Assembly (NCBI GenBank): GCA_038851325.1 | Contig: JAWCKZ010000001.1 | Location: 96,001-160,000, forward strand | Direction: 5' to 3' | Length of the DNA stretch: 64,000 nt | Source: Candidatus Bilamarchaeaceae archaeon | Lineage (GTDB): Archaea > Micrarchaeota > Micrarchaeia > Anstonellales > Bilamarchaeaceae | Shown here: piece by piece, positions 18,429 to 27,492 of the stretch | Numbering within the stretch: position 1 is the first letter of the stretch | Layout of the letters: each line of letters opens with the position of its first letter | The notes under the pieces: generated by a model | What the model was told of the DNA's origin: nothing | The model's input: only the letters and a program-made list of their open reading frames with translations | The model's database searches: none | Position numbers and translations under genes: made by a program

Positions 18429-19211
18429 GTGTACACAAATAGGGCAATCACAATAGCTGCTCTTTTAGGCGGATTTATTGCACTGGTGCTCTCGCTGGTA
18501 TTCGGCAATCCGATTCTGGCGGTCATCTCTGCAATTTTCTTTTCAGCCAGTATCGCATTATGGAAGTATGGTTATCTTATCGTTCCCCTTTTCACACAAG
18601 CAACAAACATCGTGGAAGTCAGGGATGAATTCGAGATACCACCGTCGCGAGATTACATAATAAAGAAAACACCTGATGGATACTACGCAACCAAATTTCT
18701 TGAGGTGCGTTTCTATGAAAGTTCCATGGACAAAATGGAAAGTGAAAAGAGACTTCTCTTTGAGTCCTTTGAAAAGGCGATAAGCTCTCTAAAATATGTG
18801 GTCAAGATATCGACCCTTATATCCGCAATAGACCTCTCGAAGCACATAGATGAGATAAAAACAAGAAGAAGTGCAGTTGAGACAAAAAGAGCTGCTGAGG
18901 AGCGTCTCAACCCAGCAGAGGTAATGAGATACGACCGCGAAATAGCGATGCTCACGCGCCTGCTTGATCGTTTTGGCAAAGGTGAACGACCTATAGAGGT
19001 TATTGCATTTGCTTCCACAACTGCTTTTGGACTTACGAGGGATGAAGCGGTGAGCAAGGCAAATAGGCAAGGAAAGGAATTAAAGACAATCCTATCGAGC
19101 TCCCTTGGGTGCGATGTCAGAGAGCTGAAGGACCTTGAGATGTTAAAATGCTTCGAATGGGAACTCTTCTATCCTCCAGACGAGGAATCGCTAAGGGATG
19201 AGGTGTTCTGA
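18429..19211 (+). CDS. membrane-anchored protein upstream of VirB4-like ATPase
   Basis: 2 N-terminal TM helices plus soluble domain; adjacent to the ATPase gene. Confidence 0.7.
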   Translation: MYTNRAITIAALLGGFIALVLSLVFGNPILAVISAIFFSASIALWKYGYLIVPLFTQATNIVEVRDEFEIPPSRDYIIKKTPDGYYATKFLEVRFYESSMDKMESEKRLLFESFEKAISSLKYVVKISTLISAIDLSKHIDEIKTRRSAVETKRAAEERLNPAEVMRYDREIAMLTRLLDRFGKGERPIEVIAFASTTAFGLTRDEAVSKANRQGKELKTILSSSLGCDVRELKDLEMLKCFEWELFYPPDEESLRDEVF

Positions 19212-20645
19212 TTGAAGCTTACTTATACCTTATCAAAAGAACTTGCGAGGCGTCTGCCGTTAACACATCCCCCAGAACCAAGAAAGACTCTTCTACTCTC
19301 AAAGCCGTTCGATGGCGTCTATATAGGGAAAACGCGATTTCTTCACGTCCCGGTTTTTTGGAACCCAGATAAGCTCATAAACCCACACATAGGAGTAATA
19401 GGGATAACGGGTTCCGGAAAGAGTTATACTGTTAAAACATTTCTGACCCGCGCTTCTCTTATTTGGAATACAAACGCGCTAATACTAGACTGGGTCGGCG
19501 AATATGATAAATGGGTTAGACAAGCAGGGGGGCGCGTGATAAATCTTGCAGCGGAAAAGCTAAACATTCTTGATCTTGTAGGTCTTCCAAAGCACAGCCG
19601 GATAAAGCAAATAATGTCGGCATTTGACATCCTTGCTGATTTGAAGAGCTTCCCAAATGAACGGGATGAGATTGAGGATGCGCTGGAGCATGTTTACGAA
19701 TCCGTCAACAAACCGGTTCTCCTCGATGTCATAAAATACCTTGAAAAAAAGGAAAAGTATAAGGCAGCGAGGTTGCTTAAACGATTCGCTGCTGAAGGAA
19801 GCGATTTCTTCGCTGGTAAAACAACCCTTGATATTAAATCGCTTACATCATCGGGACTTGTCTGTATAGATCTACATGAACTTCCAACCGAAGAGATAAG
19901 AAGTCTTGCTGGGCTCACAATTCTTCAGTATGTAAAGGAACTCATGCGCGCTGAAGGCATGAAAATAGATAAAAAGGTGCGACTTTTTGTTGTTCTCGAT
20001 GAAGCTTGGAAGATAGCGCAGGATGAACGAAGCGATGTGATAGCCATTGTCCGCGAAGGCCGAAAATATAATTTTTCATTGATAATAGCCACACAGAATC
20101 CAACGGATATGCATAAGACGATATTTAGCAATATGGGAAGCATGTTTATTTTAAGGCTCATACTCAAAGAGTATCGCGATTTCGTGCGTGAGTCAGTAGG
20201 ATATCCATCCTTTATAGATCATGAGATATCCAGATTCGGCGTTGGGGATGCTGCGGTTAACATGATATTTGCTGAGAGACAGGAGCGGGCTATGACCTTT
20301 CTTCTGGAAAAGATAGACGGCGAGGATCCGCTTTTTATTTATAAGATTAGGGGTGGAAAGATGGAAATCGAAATTGAGAGAGAGCAATTCGTTAAAATGC
20401 TTTATGAATTGGGATTAACAGAAGGTCAGTTGGAACTCATAAAAAAAGAATTCGAAAAAAGAGATGGATTAATGGAAGGAGAACATCTTGTTGAAATGCT
20501 GGAACGATTTGGGTATTCGAAATCTTCCATAATCGCATTCCTTCGCCAGCTTGGCTTTGAAGAGAAAAACCTGGTAAGAATATTTTCATTGGTAAAAATG
20601 CGAAAGGCTGCAAAAGGCGTTGTAAATGTTGTATTAGAAGAATGA
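19212..20645 (+). CDS. VirB4/HerA-like (DUF87, CedB-like) ATPase
   Basis: NPHIGVIGITGSGKS, VVLDEAW, REGRKY, ATQNP. Confidence 0.85.
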   Translation: MKLTYTLSKELARRLPLTHPPEPRKTLLLSKPFDGVYIGKTRFLHVPVFWNPDKLINPHIGVIGITGSGKSYTVKTFLTRASLIWNTNALILDWVGEYDKWVRQAGGRVINLAAEKLNILDLVGLPKHSRIKQIMSAFDILADLKSFPNERDEIEDALEHVYESVNKPVLLDVIKYLEKKEKYKAARLLKRFAAEGSDFFAGKTTLDIKSLTSSGLVCIDLHELPTEEIRSLAGLTILQYVKELMRAEGMKIDKKVRLFVVLDEAWKIAQDERSDVIAIVREGRKYNFSLIIATQNPTDMHKTIFSNMGSMFILRLILKEYRDFVRESVGYPSFIDHEISRFGVGDAAVNMIFAERQERAMTFLLEKIDGEDPLFIYKIRGGKMEIEIEREQFVKMLYELGLTEGQLELIKKEFEKRDGLMEGEHLVEMLERFGYSKSSIIAFLRQLGFEEKNLVRIFSLVKMRKAAKGVVNVVLEE

Positions 20646-20648
20646 TGG

Positions 20649-21359
20649 GTGTACGGTATGACAGAAAAGATAGTCATAAAAGCAGTACAGAAAAAGAACA
20701 TGAGTCCGCTTGCGACACTTATGGGAAACCTTGGTTTCACAAAGATATCATACTTAAAGGATACGCTCACAATAGAGAGAGTCACAGGATACGACCTCAA
20801 CAGAAACCCAGAACTCGATTATCGTATAGTTTTCAGCCCACAGGAGATAGTGCTGGAATACGAGGTACCTAAGAACAAAAACAAAAAGGCAAGACTTCTA
20901 AGCGTTCTTCCGATATTTCTTAATGTTCTGCAACTAGTTGAGGACTACTATGACATAAAGCCATCAGCAATTTACTTTGAGGTTAACACCGCACTCACTG
21001 AAGCCTTAAAACTTGTTGGAAAAGATGTTGTTGACCTTTCAACAGAGCTGAGCGAGCTCCAGGCGAAATACAGGAGCCTGTCAGCAAAGTATAACGACCT
21101 TCTCCGCTCAAGCGAAGAAAACGCAAGGATTCTTCTTGAGTATGAAAGAAAAAAAGATGAATTAAACAGAAAAGTGGAAAGGCTTACGCGCTACAGTGAT
21201 GACGCTCTCAAGGAGATGGTATATGAATGGATAAAATTACATGGTGGAAAGATAAATCTTCTTGAGTTTTCAAAGATACATAGGGTTCCGATACCTCGCC
21301 TCGAGGAGATATTGAATATGCTCGTTACAGAGGGGTATATAAAAAGGAGGTTTGAATGA
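20649..21359 (+). CDS. coiled-coil protein with C-terminal winged helix
   Basis: Heptad region followed by LEEILNMLVTEGYIKR. Confidence 0.6.
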   Translation: MYGMTEKIVIKAVQKKNMSPLATLMGNLGFTKISYLKDTLTIERVTGYDLNRNPELDYRIVFSPQEIVLEYEVPKNKNKKARLLSVLPIFLNVLQLVEDYYDIKPSAIYFEVNTALTEALKLVGKDVVDLSTELSELQAKYRSLSAKYNDLLRSSEENARILLEYERKKDELNRKVERLTRYSDDALKEMVYEWIKLHGGKINLLEFSKIHRVPIPRLEEILNMLVTEGYIKRRFE

Positions 21360-21487
21360 CTGCAGAAGAAATGGAATTCTCACTTGTAAAACACTACCCG
21401 CTCGAACGAAGGTATATCACACTTAAGGAGCTGAAGAAACCTTTTCTCCAGGCTCTGGCAGACCTTATTTTTAAAAGACGCAAATAA
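21356..21487 (+). CDS. small hypothetical protein (43 aa)
   Basis: ATGA overlap with upstream stop; MTAEEMEFSLVKHYPLERRYITLKELKKPFLQALADLIFKRRK; below ORF-track cutoff. Confidence 0.45.
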   Translation: MTAEEMEFSLVKHYPLERRYITLKELKKPFLQALADLIFKRRK

Positions 21488-21498
21488 AAGGTGGATTT

Positions 21499-22791
21499 AT
21501 GAAAGTCGTGCTAGTTGGAAGCGGGGCGAGAGAGCATGCAATAGCAGAGCAACTTTCTAAAAGTGCAGAGCTTTACACAATAATGGAAAAAAAACATCCT
21601 GGTATTGCAAAGCTCTCAACAAAATTCCTTATAGCCAATCCGACTGATAGAAAGAGAATAGTTGAATGGTGCAAAGCCGAAGGAATAGAACTTGGCTTTG
21701 TGAGTCCAGATGGTCTCCTTGCGGCTGGTGTCAGTGATATTCTGGAGAGTGCTGGAGTGGCGATTGCTTCTCCGACAAAAGCAGCTGCACGAATAGAGTG
21801 GGATAAAGGATACGCCCGTAATCTAATGAGAGAAAACTCGATTCCAGGAGTACCAGAATTCACGATTGCAACATCAGATGCAGAGGTTCTCTCTTTCATT
21901 AAGGATATGGGAGAGATTGTGGTGAAACCAATCGGGCTTACAGGAGGAAAGGGTGTTCGGATAATGGGGGAGCACTTTAAGAGCGCGAATGAAGCCCTGA
22001 ACTACGCGAGCTCTCTTATTAAAAAAGATGGCTCTGTTCTCCTCGAGGAAAAACTCGATGGCGAAGAGATAACGATACAGGCATTCTGCGATGGTGCGAA
22101 AATTGCGCTTATGCCTCCTGTCCAAGACCATAAACGCGCGTTTGTTGGAGACAAAGGGCCCAACACCGGCGGAATGGGCTCTTATTCCACAGGAGCGCTT
22201 CTCCCGTTCATGCAGCAAAAAGATCTCGCAGAAGCAGACCTTATTCTTAAAAAGACAGTGGAGGCGATGGCAAAAGAGGGAAACAAATTCAAGGGCGTAC
22301 TCTACGGGCAGTTCATGATAACTAAAAAAGGGCTTAAACTCATAGAATTTAACTCACGTTTTGGCGACCCAGAAGCTATAAATGTGCTAATGCTTCTGCG
22401 TACTCAATTGGCCGATATCCTTCTTTCCGTAGCAAACGGAAATCTTATAGTGCCGATGTTCAGCACTGATTGCACAGTTGTCAAGTATCTCGTTCCAGAA
22501 GGATACCCAGAAAAGGGTAAGGCAGATGAAAAAATAGAAGTAAATGAAAAGGAAATTTGGAACTGCGGTGCAAAATTCTACTTCGGTTCTGTGTACGAGA
22601 AAGAGGATAAGATCTACACAACCACCTCACGTGCCATTGCAATCGCAGCGCATGGACGTGCTTTAAAGGATGCTGAAGAACGGGTTGAATGTGGCATCCG
22701 CTGGGTTTCTGGACCGCTGTGGCACCGTTCTGACATCGGAACCGAAGAGCTTATAAGCAAAAGAGTAGAGCACATGAAGAGACTGAGATAG
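21499..22791 (+). CDS. purD: phosphoribosylamine-glycine ligase
   Basis: GSGAREHA, QDHKRA..GPNTGGMG, EFNSRFGDPE. Confidence 0.97.
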   Translation: MKVVLVGSGAREHAIAEQLSKSAELYTIMEKKHPGIAKLSTKFLIANPTDRKRIVEWCKAEGIELGFVSPDGLLAAGVSDILESAGVAIASPTKAAARIEWDKGYARNLMRENSIPGVPEFTIATSDAEVLSFIKDMGEIVVKPIGLTGGKGVRIMGEHFKSANEALNYASSLIKKDGSVLLEEKLDGEEITIQAFCDGAKIALMPPVQDHKRAFVGDKGPNTGGMGSYSTGALLPFMQQKDLAEADLILKKTVEAMAKEGNKFKGVLYGQFMITKKGLKLIEFNSRFGDPEAINVLMLLRTQLADILLSVANGNLIVPMFSTDCTVVKYLVPEGYPEKGKADEKIEVNEKEIWNCGAKFYFGSVYEKEDKIYTTTSRAIAIAAHGRALKDAEERVECGIRWVSGPLWHRSDIGTEELISKRVEHMKRLR

Positions 22792-22808
22792 TACCGAAAG
22801 GGATTAGT

Positions 22809-24002
22809 GTGAAAAGGAACATAGTTATCGAAAGGTCCTCTTACCTACCAGCATACAAGCGCAGGGTTGAACTTGCAGAGCGGAAGGGAGTGGGACACCC
22901 GGATACCTTAATAGACGGTATTATGGAAGAGATAAGCAAAGAGCTCAGTAAAGAATACCTTAATGAATTTGGGGGAATACTTCATCATAACGTAGATAAG
23001 GGACAGATATGTGGCGGAGCAACAGAGGTAAATTTTGGCGGCGGTGTTTTTACAAAACCTATCTACATTCTTCTTGGCGGTCGTGCAACGGGCGAGGTCG
23101 GTGGAAAAAAGATACCTGTCCAGCATATTGCAGTTGAAACAGCGAAAAGATATCTAAAAAATACTATTAGGCATCTTGACGTAGAGTGTGATGTGGAATT
23201 GGAATCAAGAATCTCGTCTGGCTCTGCTGAACTCATCGATCTATTGATGAGAAAAAGCAGGACCCCACTTGCGAACGACACAAGCTTCGGAATGGGGTTC
23301 GCGCCTTTAGACGAACTGGAGAAGGTTGTACTGAACACTGAAAGGTATCTCAATTCAATTGAATACAAAAAGATTAGGCCATTTGCTGGCGAGGATATAA
23401 AGGTAATGGGTCTAAGACAAGGAAATAAGATAAAACTCACGGTTGCAATCGCCTTTGTCTCGAAATACATATTGGACATAGAAGAGTACTTAGACTGTAA
23501 GAGAAAGGTTCTTGAAGACTTAAGAAGGTTCGTGAAAAAAATAACAAAAATGGATGTTGATATTTACATAAATACGGCAGATGATATAAAGAGAAAATCG
23601 ATATATATGACACTTACTGGAACGAGCGCTGAAATGGGTGACGATGGAAGTGTTGGAAGAGGAAACCGCGCCAATGGCCTCATAACACCATTCAGGGGGA
23701 TGTCAATCGAAGCAGCTGCCGGAAAGAATCCGGTAAACCATGTCGGAAAGGTTTACTCTGTGCTTGCTACTAAGATGGCACGTGAGATAGCTGAGGAGTA
23801 TAAAAGCATAGAGGATATAACAGTAGGATTGCTCTCTCAAATAGGGAAGCCCATAGATCAACCGAAGGTTGCAAGTGTTACCTTTGTTTCAAAGGACTTC
23901 GAGAAAATAAAGAGCAAGGTACGATATTTGATCGATAAAGGTCTTGAGGAAGTAACAGAGATTACACCCCTAATAATTTCTGGTAAAATCTCGGTCTTTT
24001 AA
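22809..24002 (+). CDS. mat: archaeal S-adenosylmethionine synthetase
   Basis: ERKGVGHPD, ANDTSFG, GRGNRANGLITP, GKNPVNHVGK. Confidence 0.97.
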   Translation: MKRNIVIERSSYLPAYKRRVELAERKGVGHPDTLIDGIMEEISKELSKEYLNEFGGILHHNVDKGQICGGATEVNFGGGVFTKPIYILLGGRATGEVGGKKIPVQHIAVETAKRYLKNTIRHLDVECDVELESRISSGSAELIDLLMRKSRTPLANDTSFGMGFAPLDELEKVVLNTERYLNSIEYKKIRPFAGEDIKVMGLRQGNKIKLTVAIAFVSKYILDIEEYLDCKRKVLEDLRRFVKKITKMDVDIYINTADDIKRKSIYMTLTGTSAEMGDDGSVGRGNRANGLITPFRGMSIEAAAGKNPVNHVGKVYSVLATKMAREIAEEYKSIEDITVGLLSQIGKPIDQPKVASVTFVSKDFEKIKSKVRYLIDKGLEEVTEITPLIISGKISVF

Positions 24003-24098
24003 ACGATTAAAAACCTTCTTTCTTATATGTTTATCTCGCAGATGTATGGATTTTTAGTTGGAGTGAACGACGATTCGTTCACTGCCTTAACTCCGTTC

Positions 24099-24480
24099 GG
24101 GCCTGTAGTCGAATGCTGGAAGGCCGGCATTGGTTAAGACGTTACCCTGACAAGGCTTTTTGTCTTCGGTGTTTCTGAGGGCAAAAACCCTGGAAAAAGC
24201 CCTGAGGTTTCTCCTCTGGGTGTGTTGGGCTTTTTGTCTTCGGTGTTTCTGAGGGCAAAAACCCTGGAAAAAGCCCTGAGGTTTCTCCTCTGGGTGTGTT
24301 GGGCTTTTTGTCTTCGGTGTTTCTGAGGGCAAAAACCCTGGAAACGGCATTTGGCTCCTAAGCAGGTGCTTATGACCTGAGGATTGTCTCAGGAGCTAAA
24401 TACCGTTTGGAAAAAGACTTGAGGAAAACTCCTGTCTTCTGTAACGGTAAAGATTCCCGGTTCGATCCCGGGCGGGCCCA
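24099..24480 (+). tRNA. tRNA-Val(GAC) with introns at 15/16 (24114-24130) and 37/38 (24153-24444, 292 nt)
   Basis: GGGCCTG TA GTCG AA|TGGTTA AGAC G TTACC CT GAC A|C GGTAA AGATT CCCGG TTCGATC CCGGG CGGGCCC A; D-loop BHB helix GTCG/cggc; anticodon BHB relaxed. Confidence 0.85.
24154..24344 (+). repeat. 74-bp tandem repeat (about 2.6 exact copies) inside tRNA-Val intron
   Basis: Unit ggctttttgtcttcggtgtttctgagggcaaaaaccctggaaaaagccctgaggtttctcctctgggtgtgttg starts at 24154, 24228 and 24302. Confidence 0.95.
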
Positions 24481-24578
24481 ATCCTTCATTTGTTTGCAGG
24501 AGTGGCGGTTGGTTTGACATGCGCTTGCTGTCAAAGCCCGCCACTGTCGTAATGTATTTTGCTGCAACAATTGTTTTC

Positions 24579-24697
24579 GCAGGAGTGGCGGAGTGGTCAA
24601 ACGCGGCAGACTCAAGATCTGAATGTTCCTTTCACGATTGTGTGGTGGGAAATCTGTTGGCCAAGCGCCTACACAGGTTCGAATCCTGTCTCCTGCA
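24579..24697 (+). tRNA. tRNA-Leu(CAA) with canonical intron 24617-24651
   Basis: GCAGGAG..GCAGA CT CAA G|A TCTGT, long variable arm, ACAGG TTCGAAT CCTGT CTCCTGC A; BHB helix CTCA/tggg. Confidence 0.92.
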
Positions 24698-24728
24698 TCT
24701 TTTTATTTTTATTCCTAGATAAGGAGAC

Positions 24729-25658
24729 ATGCACAGAAAAGTAAGGAAGATAATATACGATATCTCCTCCCTAAAAATACAGGGCGCACGAAATGTGGCA
24801 AAGACAGCCGTTCAAGCGCTTGTGCTCCAGGCTATGCACACAAGAGCGAAAAACCCTACTGCACTTTATAAAGAGATAAAGGCATTGCGGGAAATAATCA
24901 TATCAGCAAGACCTACAGAACCCATGACCCGCAACATGACAGAGGAAGCGTGCAATTTCCTTTTAAGCGAATCAAAATCCGGTAAAAGCATCGATGAGGT
25001 TATAAAAAAGTTTATAAAGCAAGGAGAAATCGCCATAAAAAAGATGGATGAAGATGTCAAACGACTCTTTCAATATGGTGCACAACTCATCCCGCAAAAC
25101 GCAGTTGTAATAACGCACTGCCATTCCTCAACCGTAACTGGAATTCTCAAAACAGCAGAAAAAATGCGTAAGGAAATACGTGTTATCGCTTGCGAAACAA
25201 GGCCAAGATACCAGGGTAGAATAACCGCAACAGAGCTTGCGGAAGCTGATATAGACGTCACCCTTGTAGTGGATGGGGCGATGAATCTTTATATGAAGAA
25301 AGCTGACATAGTCCTTGTTGGTGCGGACTCTGTTACATCGCGCGGCGACCTCATAAATAAGGTTGGAACAAGCACGCTCGCACACATCGCAAGGATGCAT
25401 GACGTCTCATTTTATTCTGCAGCAGAGCTTTTCAAATACAGCCCTATGACATTTTATGGTGTCTTGGAAAAAATAGAGGAAAGAGACCCAAATGAGATAT
25501 GGGAAAAACCACCTAAAAATGTTAAGATAAGCAATCCAGCGTTTGATGTTACGGCAGCAAAATATGTCAATGGGTATATAACAGAAGTTGGTGTAATACC
25601 GCCTCAAACCTTCTTCTCGCTTGCTACTCAAAAACTTGGTATAAAAATATATGGATAA
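24729..25658 (+). CDS. ribose-1,5-bisphosphate isomerase (eIF2B-like)
   Basis: IQGA, RPTEP, THCHSSTV, ETRPRYQG, NKVGT, NPAFDVT; adjacent to AMP phosphorylase. Confidence 0.88.
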   Translation: MHRKVRKIIYDISSLKIQGARNVAKTAVQALVLQAMHTRAKNPTALYKEIKALREIIISARPTEPMTRNMTEEACNFLLSESKSGKSIDEVIKKFIKQGEIAIKKMDEDVKRLFQYGAQLIPQNAVVITHCHSSTVTGILKTAEKMRKEIRVIACETRPRYQGRITATELAEADIDVTLVVDGAMNLYMKKADIVLVGADSVTSRGDLINKVGTSTLAHIARMHDVSFYSAAELFKYSPMTFYGVLEKIEERDPNEIWEKPPKNVKISNPAFDVTAAKYVNGYITEVGVIPPQTFFSLATQKLGIKIYG

Positions 25659-25667
25659 GGTGAGCGT

Positions 25668-27278
25668 ATGATAAAGCAGCCTGTAGCTGAAAACCCACAT
25701 AAAGAAAGCGCTACTCAGGAGTTTGTTGAAAAAGAGGTAAAGAAGGTAGATGTTTGGCGGTACAAGAAGTACATATGCAAAGTGAAGCCTATTGGGATAT
25801 ACGCAGGCGGTAAAAACATAATAGTACTTAACACCGATGAGGCTGAGAGCCATGATATATACGCAGGATACAGAACCGAACTAAAAACACCAAAAGCAAC
25901 AATAATTGGAATTGTTGATACGAGCGATAAACTCGTAAAACCTGGTGAAGTTGGGATCTATGATGATTTTGCAAAAGAATTCCATCTAAAAGCAGGAGAA
26001 GAGGTCGAGATCGTTCATATGGATAGGCCTGCTTCTATAGGCTACATAAAAAAGAAGCTCGATAAAGGAACGCTCGAAAGCAACGAAATAAAAACTATTG
26101 TAACCGAGATAATGGAGAACAAACTTAGTGAGGTTGAAACCTCTGCGTTTATAGCTGCGGCATACATAAATGGGATGGCTGACAGCGAAGTAATCGCATT
26201 GACAAATGCAACTGTAGAATCCGGGGAAACACTAAATCTAGGGAGGGGACCTATACTCGATAAACACTGTATTGGGGGGGTAGCGGGAAATAGAACAACC
26301 ATGATTGTTGTTCCAATAATCGCCGCTGCTGGTCTCTATATGCCCAAGACATCCTCACGTGCCATAACAAGCGCAGCTGGCACGGCAGATACAATGGAAG
26401 TGTTAGCCAACGTCACGTTCAGCATGGATGAGCTAAGAAAGATGGTGCTCAAGACAAAAGGGGCGATAGTGTGGGGAGGAGGAATGAAGCTTGCACCTGT
26501 AGATGACAAATTAATACGCATAAGGCACCCGTTAAGTCTTGATCCGGAAGGCATGCTTCTTGCGAGTATCCTTGGAAAGAAAAAAAGCGTAGGCGCAGAA
26601 TACGTAATAATAGATATTCCAGTTGGGCGAGGTGTTAAGATACCATACTACGAGAAAGGAAGGGAGCTAGGTGACCATTTTATAAAAATAGGAAAGCAAC
26701 TTGGAATAAAGATAGAGGTGCTAATTACAGATGGCGCAGAGCCTATAGGAAACGGTATAGGACCGTCCCTGGAGTGTGTAGATGTTCTCCATGTGCTCAA
26801 TGGCAAGGGCCCCGAGGATCTTAGGCACAAGAGCATTCTCATGGCTGGAAAGCTCCTAGAACTTTGTGGTAAGGTTGGGAAAGGCGAAGGATACAGTGCA
26901 GCTGAAAATCTTATAACAACTGGAAAAGCGCTAAAGAAGTTCCTTGAGATCGTGGAGGAGCAGGGAGGAAATCCAAGGGTCACTGTTGATGATATTCCTA
27001 TTGGAAAATACGCCTACACTGTTAAATCAAAGGTGAGCGGTTCTATATTCCATATAGACAATCACTCTATTTCAAAGATTGCGCGGATAGCCGGTGCACC
27101 GAAATCAAAAGGTGCTGGTGTACTTCTGCATAAGACAAGAGGGAATAGGGTAGAGGTTGGGGATTCTTTGTTCACGGTTTACGCTGAGAAAGAAACCCTC
27201 TTAGATTACGCAATAAAAGCACTTGAAAAACTTGAGCCAATAGAGATGAGAAAGATGCTTCTTGGAACCATGGAGTAG
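25668..27278 (+). CDS. deoA: AMP phosphorylase
   Basis: DKHCIGGVAGN, PKTSSRAITSAAGTAD. Confidence 0.93.
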   Translation: MIKQPVAENPHKESATQEFVEKEVKKVDVWRYKKYICKVKPIGIYAGGKNIIVLNTDEAESHDIYAGYRTELKTPKATIIGIVDTSDKLVKPGEVGIYDDFAKEFHLKAGEEVEIVHMDRPASIGYIKKKLDKGTLESNEIKTIVTEIMENKLSEVETSAFIAAAYINGMADSEVIALTNATVESGETLNLGRGPILDKHCIGGVAGNRTTMIVVPIIAAAGLYMPKTSSRAITSAAGTADTMEVLANVTFSMDELRKMVLKTKGAIVWGGGMKLAPVDDKLIRIRHPLSLDPEGMLLASILGKKKSVGAEYVIIDIPVGRGVKIPYYEKGRELGDHFIKIGKQLGIKIEVLITDGAEPIGNGIGPSLECVDVLHVLNGKGPEDLRHKSILMAGKLLELCGKVGKGEGYSAAENLITTGKALKKFLEIVEEQGGNPRVTVDDIPIGKYAYTVKSKVSGSIFHIDNHSISKIARIAGAPKSKGAGVLLHKTRGNRVEVGDSLFTVYAEKETLLDYAIKALEKLEPIEMRKMLLGTME

Positions 27279-27314
27279 CATTATAAATTCTTTGGCTTAT
27301 CTCTTACTTCGCGT

Positions 27315-27479
27315 CCCGCCATAGCTCAAAGCACCTAGCGAGCAATGGTAGAGCGATCGGCTGTAGTTCGGGTACTCCTTTCCGGAGAAAAAGGTCGCTG
27401 ATACCGATAGGTTGCTGGTTCAAATGCACACGCGCTACTTCGCATTGGCGTAGATGCAGAATACGTCCGGCTGGCGGGA
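27315..27479 (+). tRNA. tRNA-Tyr(GTA) with three introns: 15/16 (27330-27345), 37/38 (27367-27402), about 59/60 (27425-27465)
   Basis: CCCGCCA TA GCTC AA|TGGTA GAGC G ATCGG CT GTA G|A CCGAT AGGTT GCTGG TTCAAA|T CCGGC TGGCGGG A; C1-G72 pair typical of archaeal Tyr. Confidence 0.88.
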
Positions 27480-27492
27480 TTTTTTATTTAAT

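Noticed and set aside
24154..24344. CRISPR array
   Set aside because: Units are fully identical with no unique spacers, lie inside a tRNA intron, and no cas genes are in the window
24147..24445. Alternative splice giving a GTA (Tyr) anticodon
   Set aside because: Body has Val features (G1-C72, C38) and a proper C1-G72 tRNA-Tyr exists at 27315
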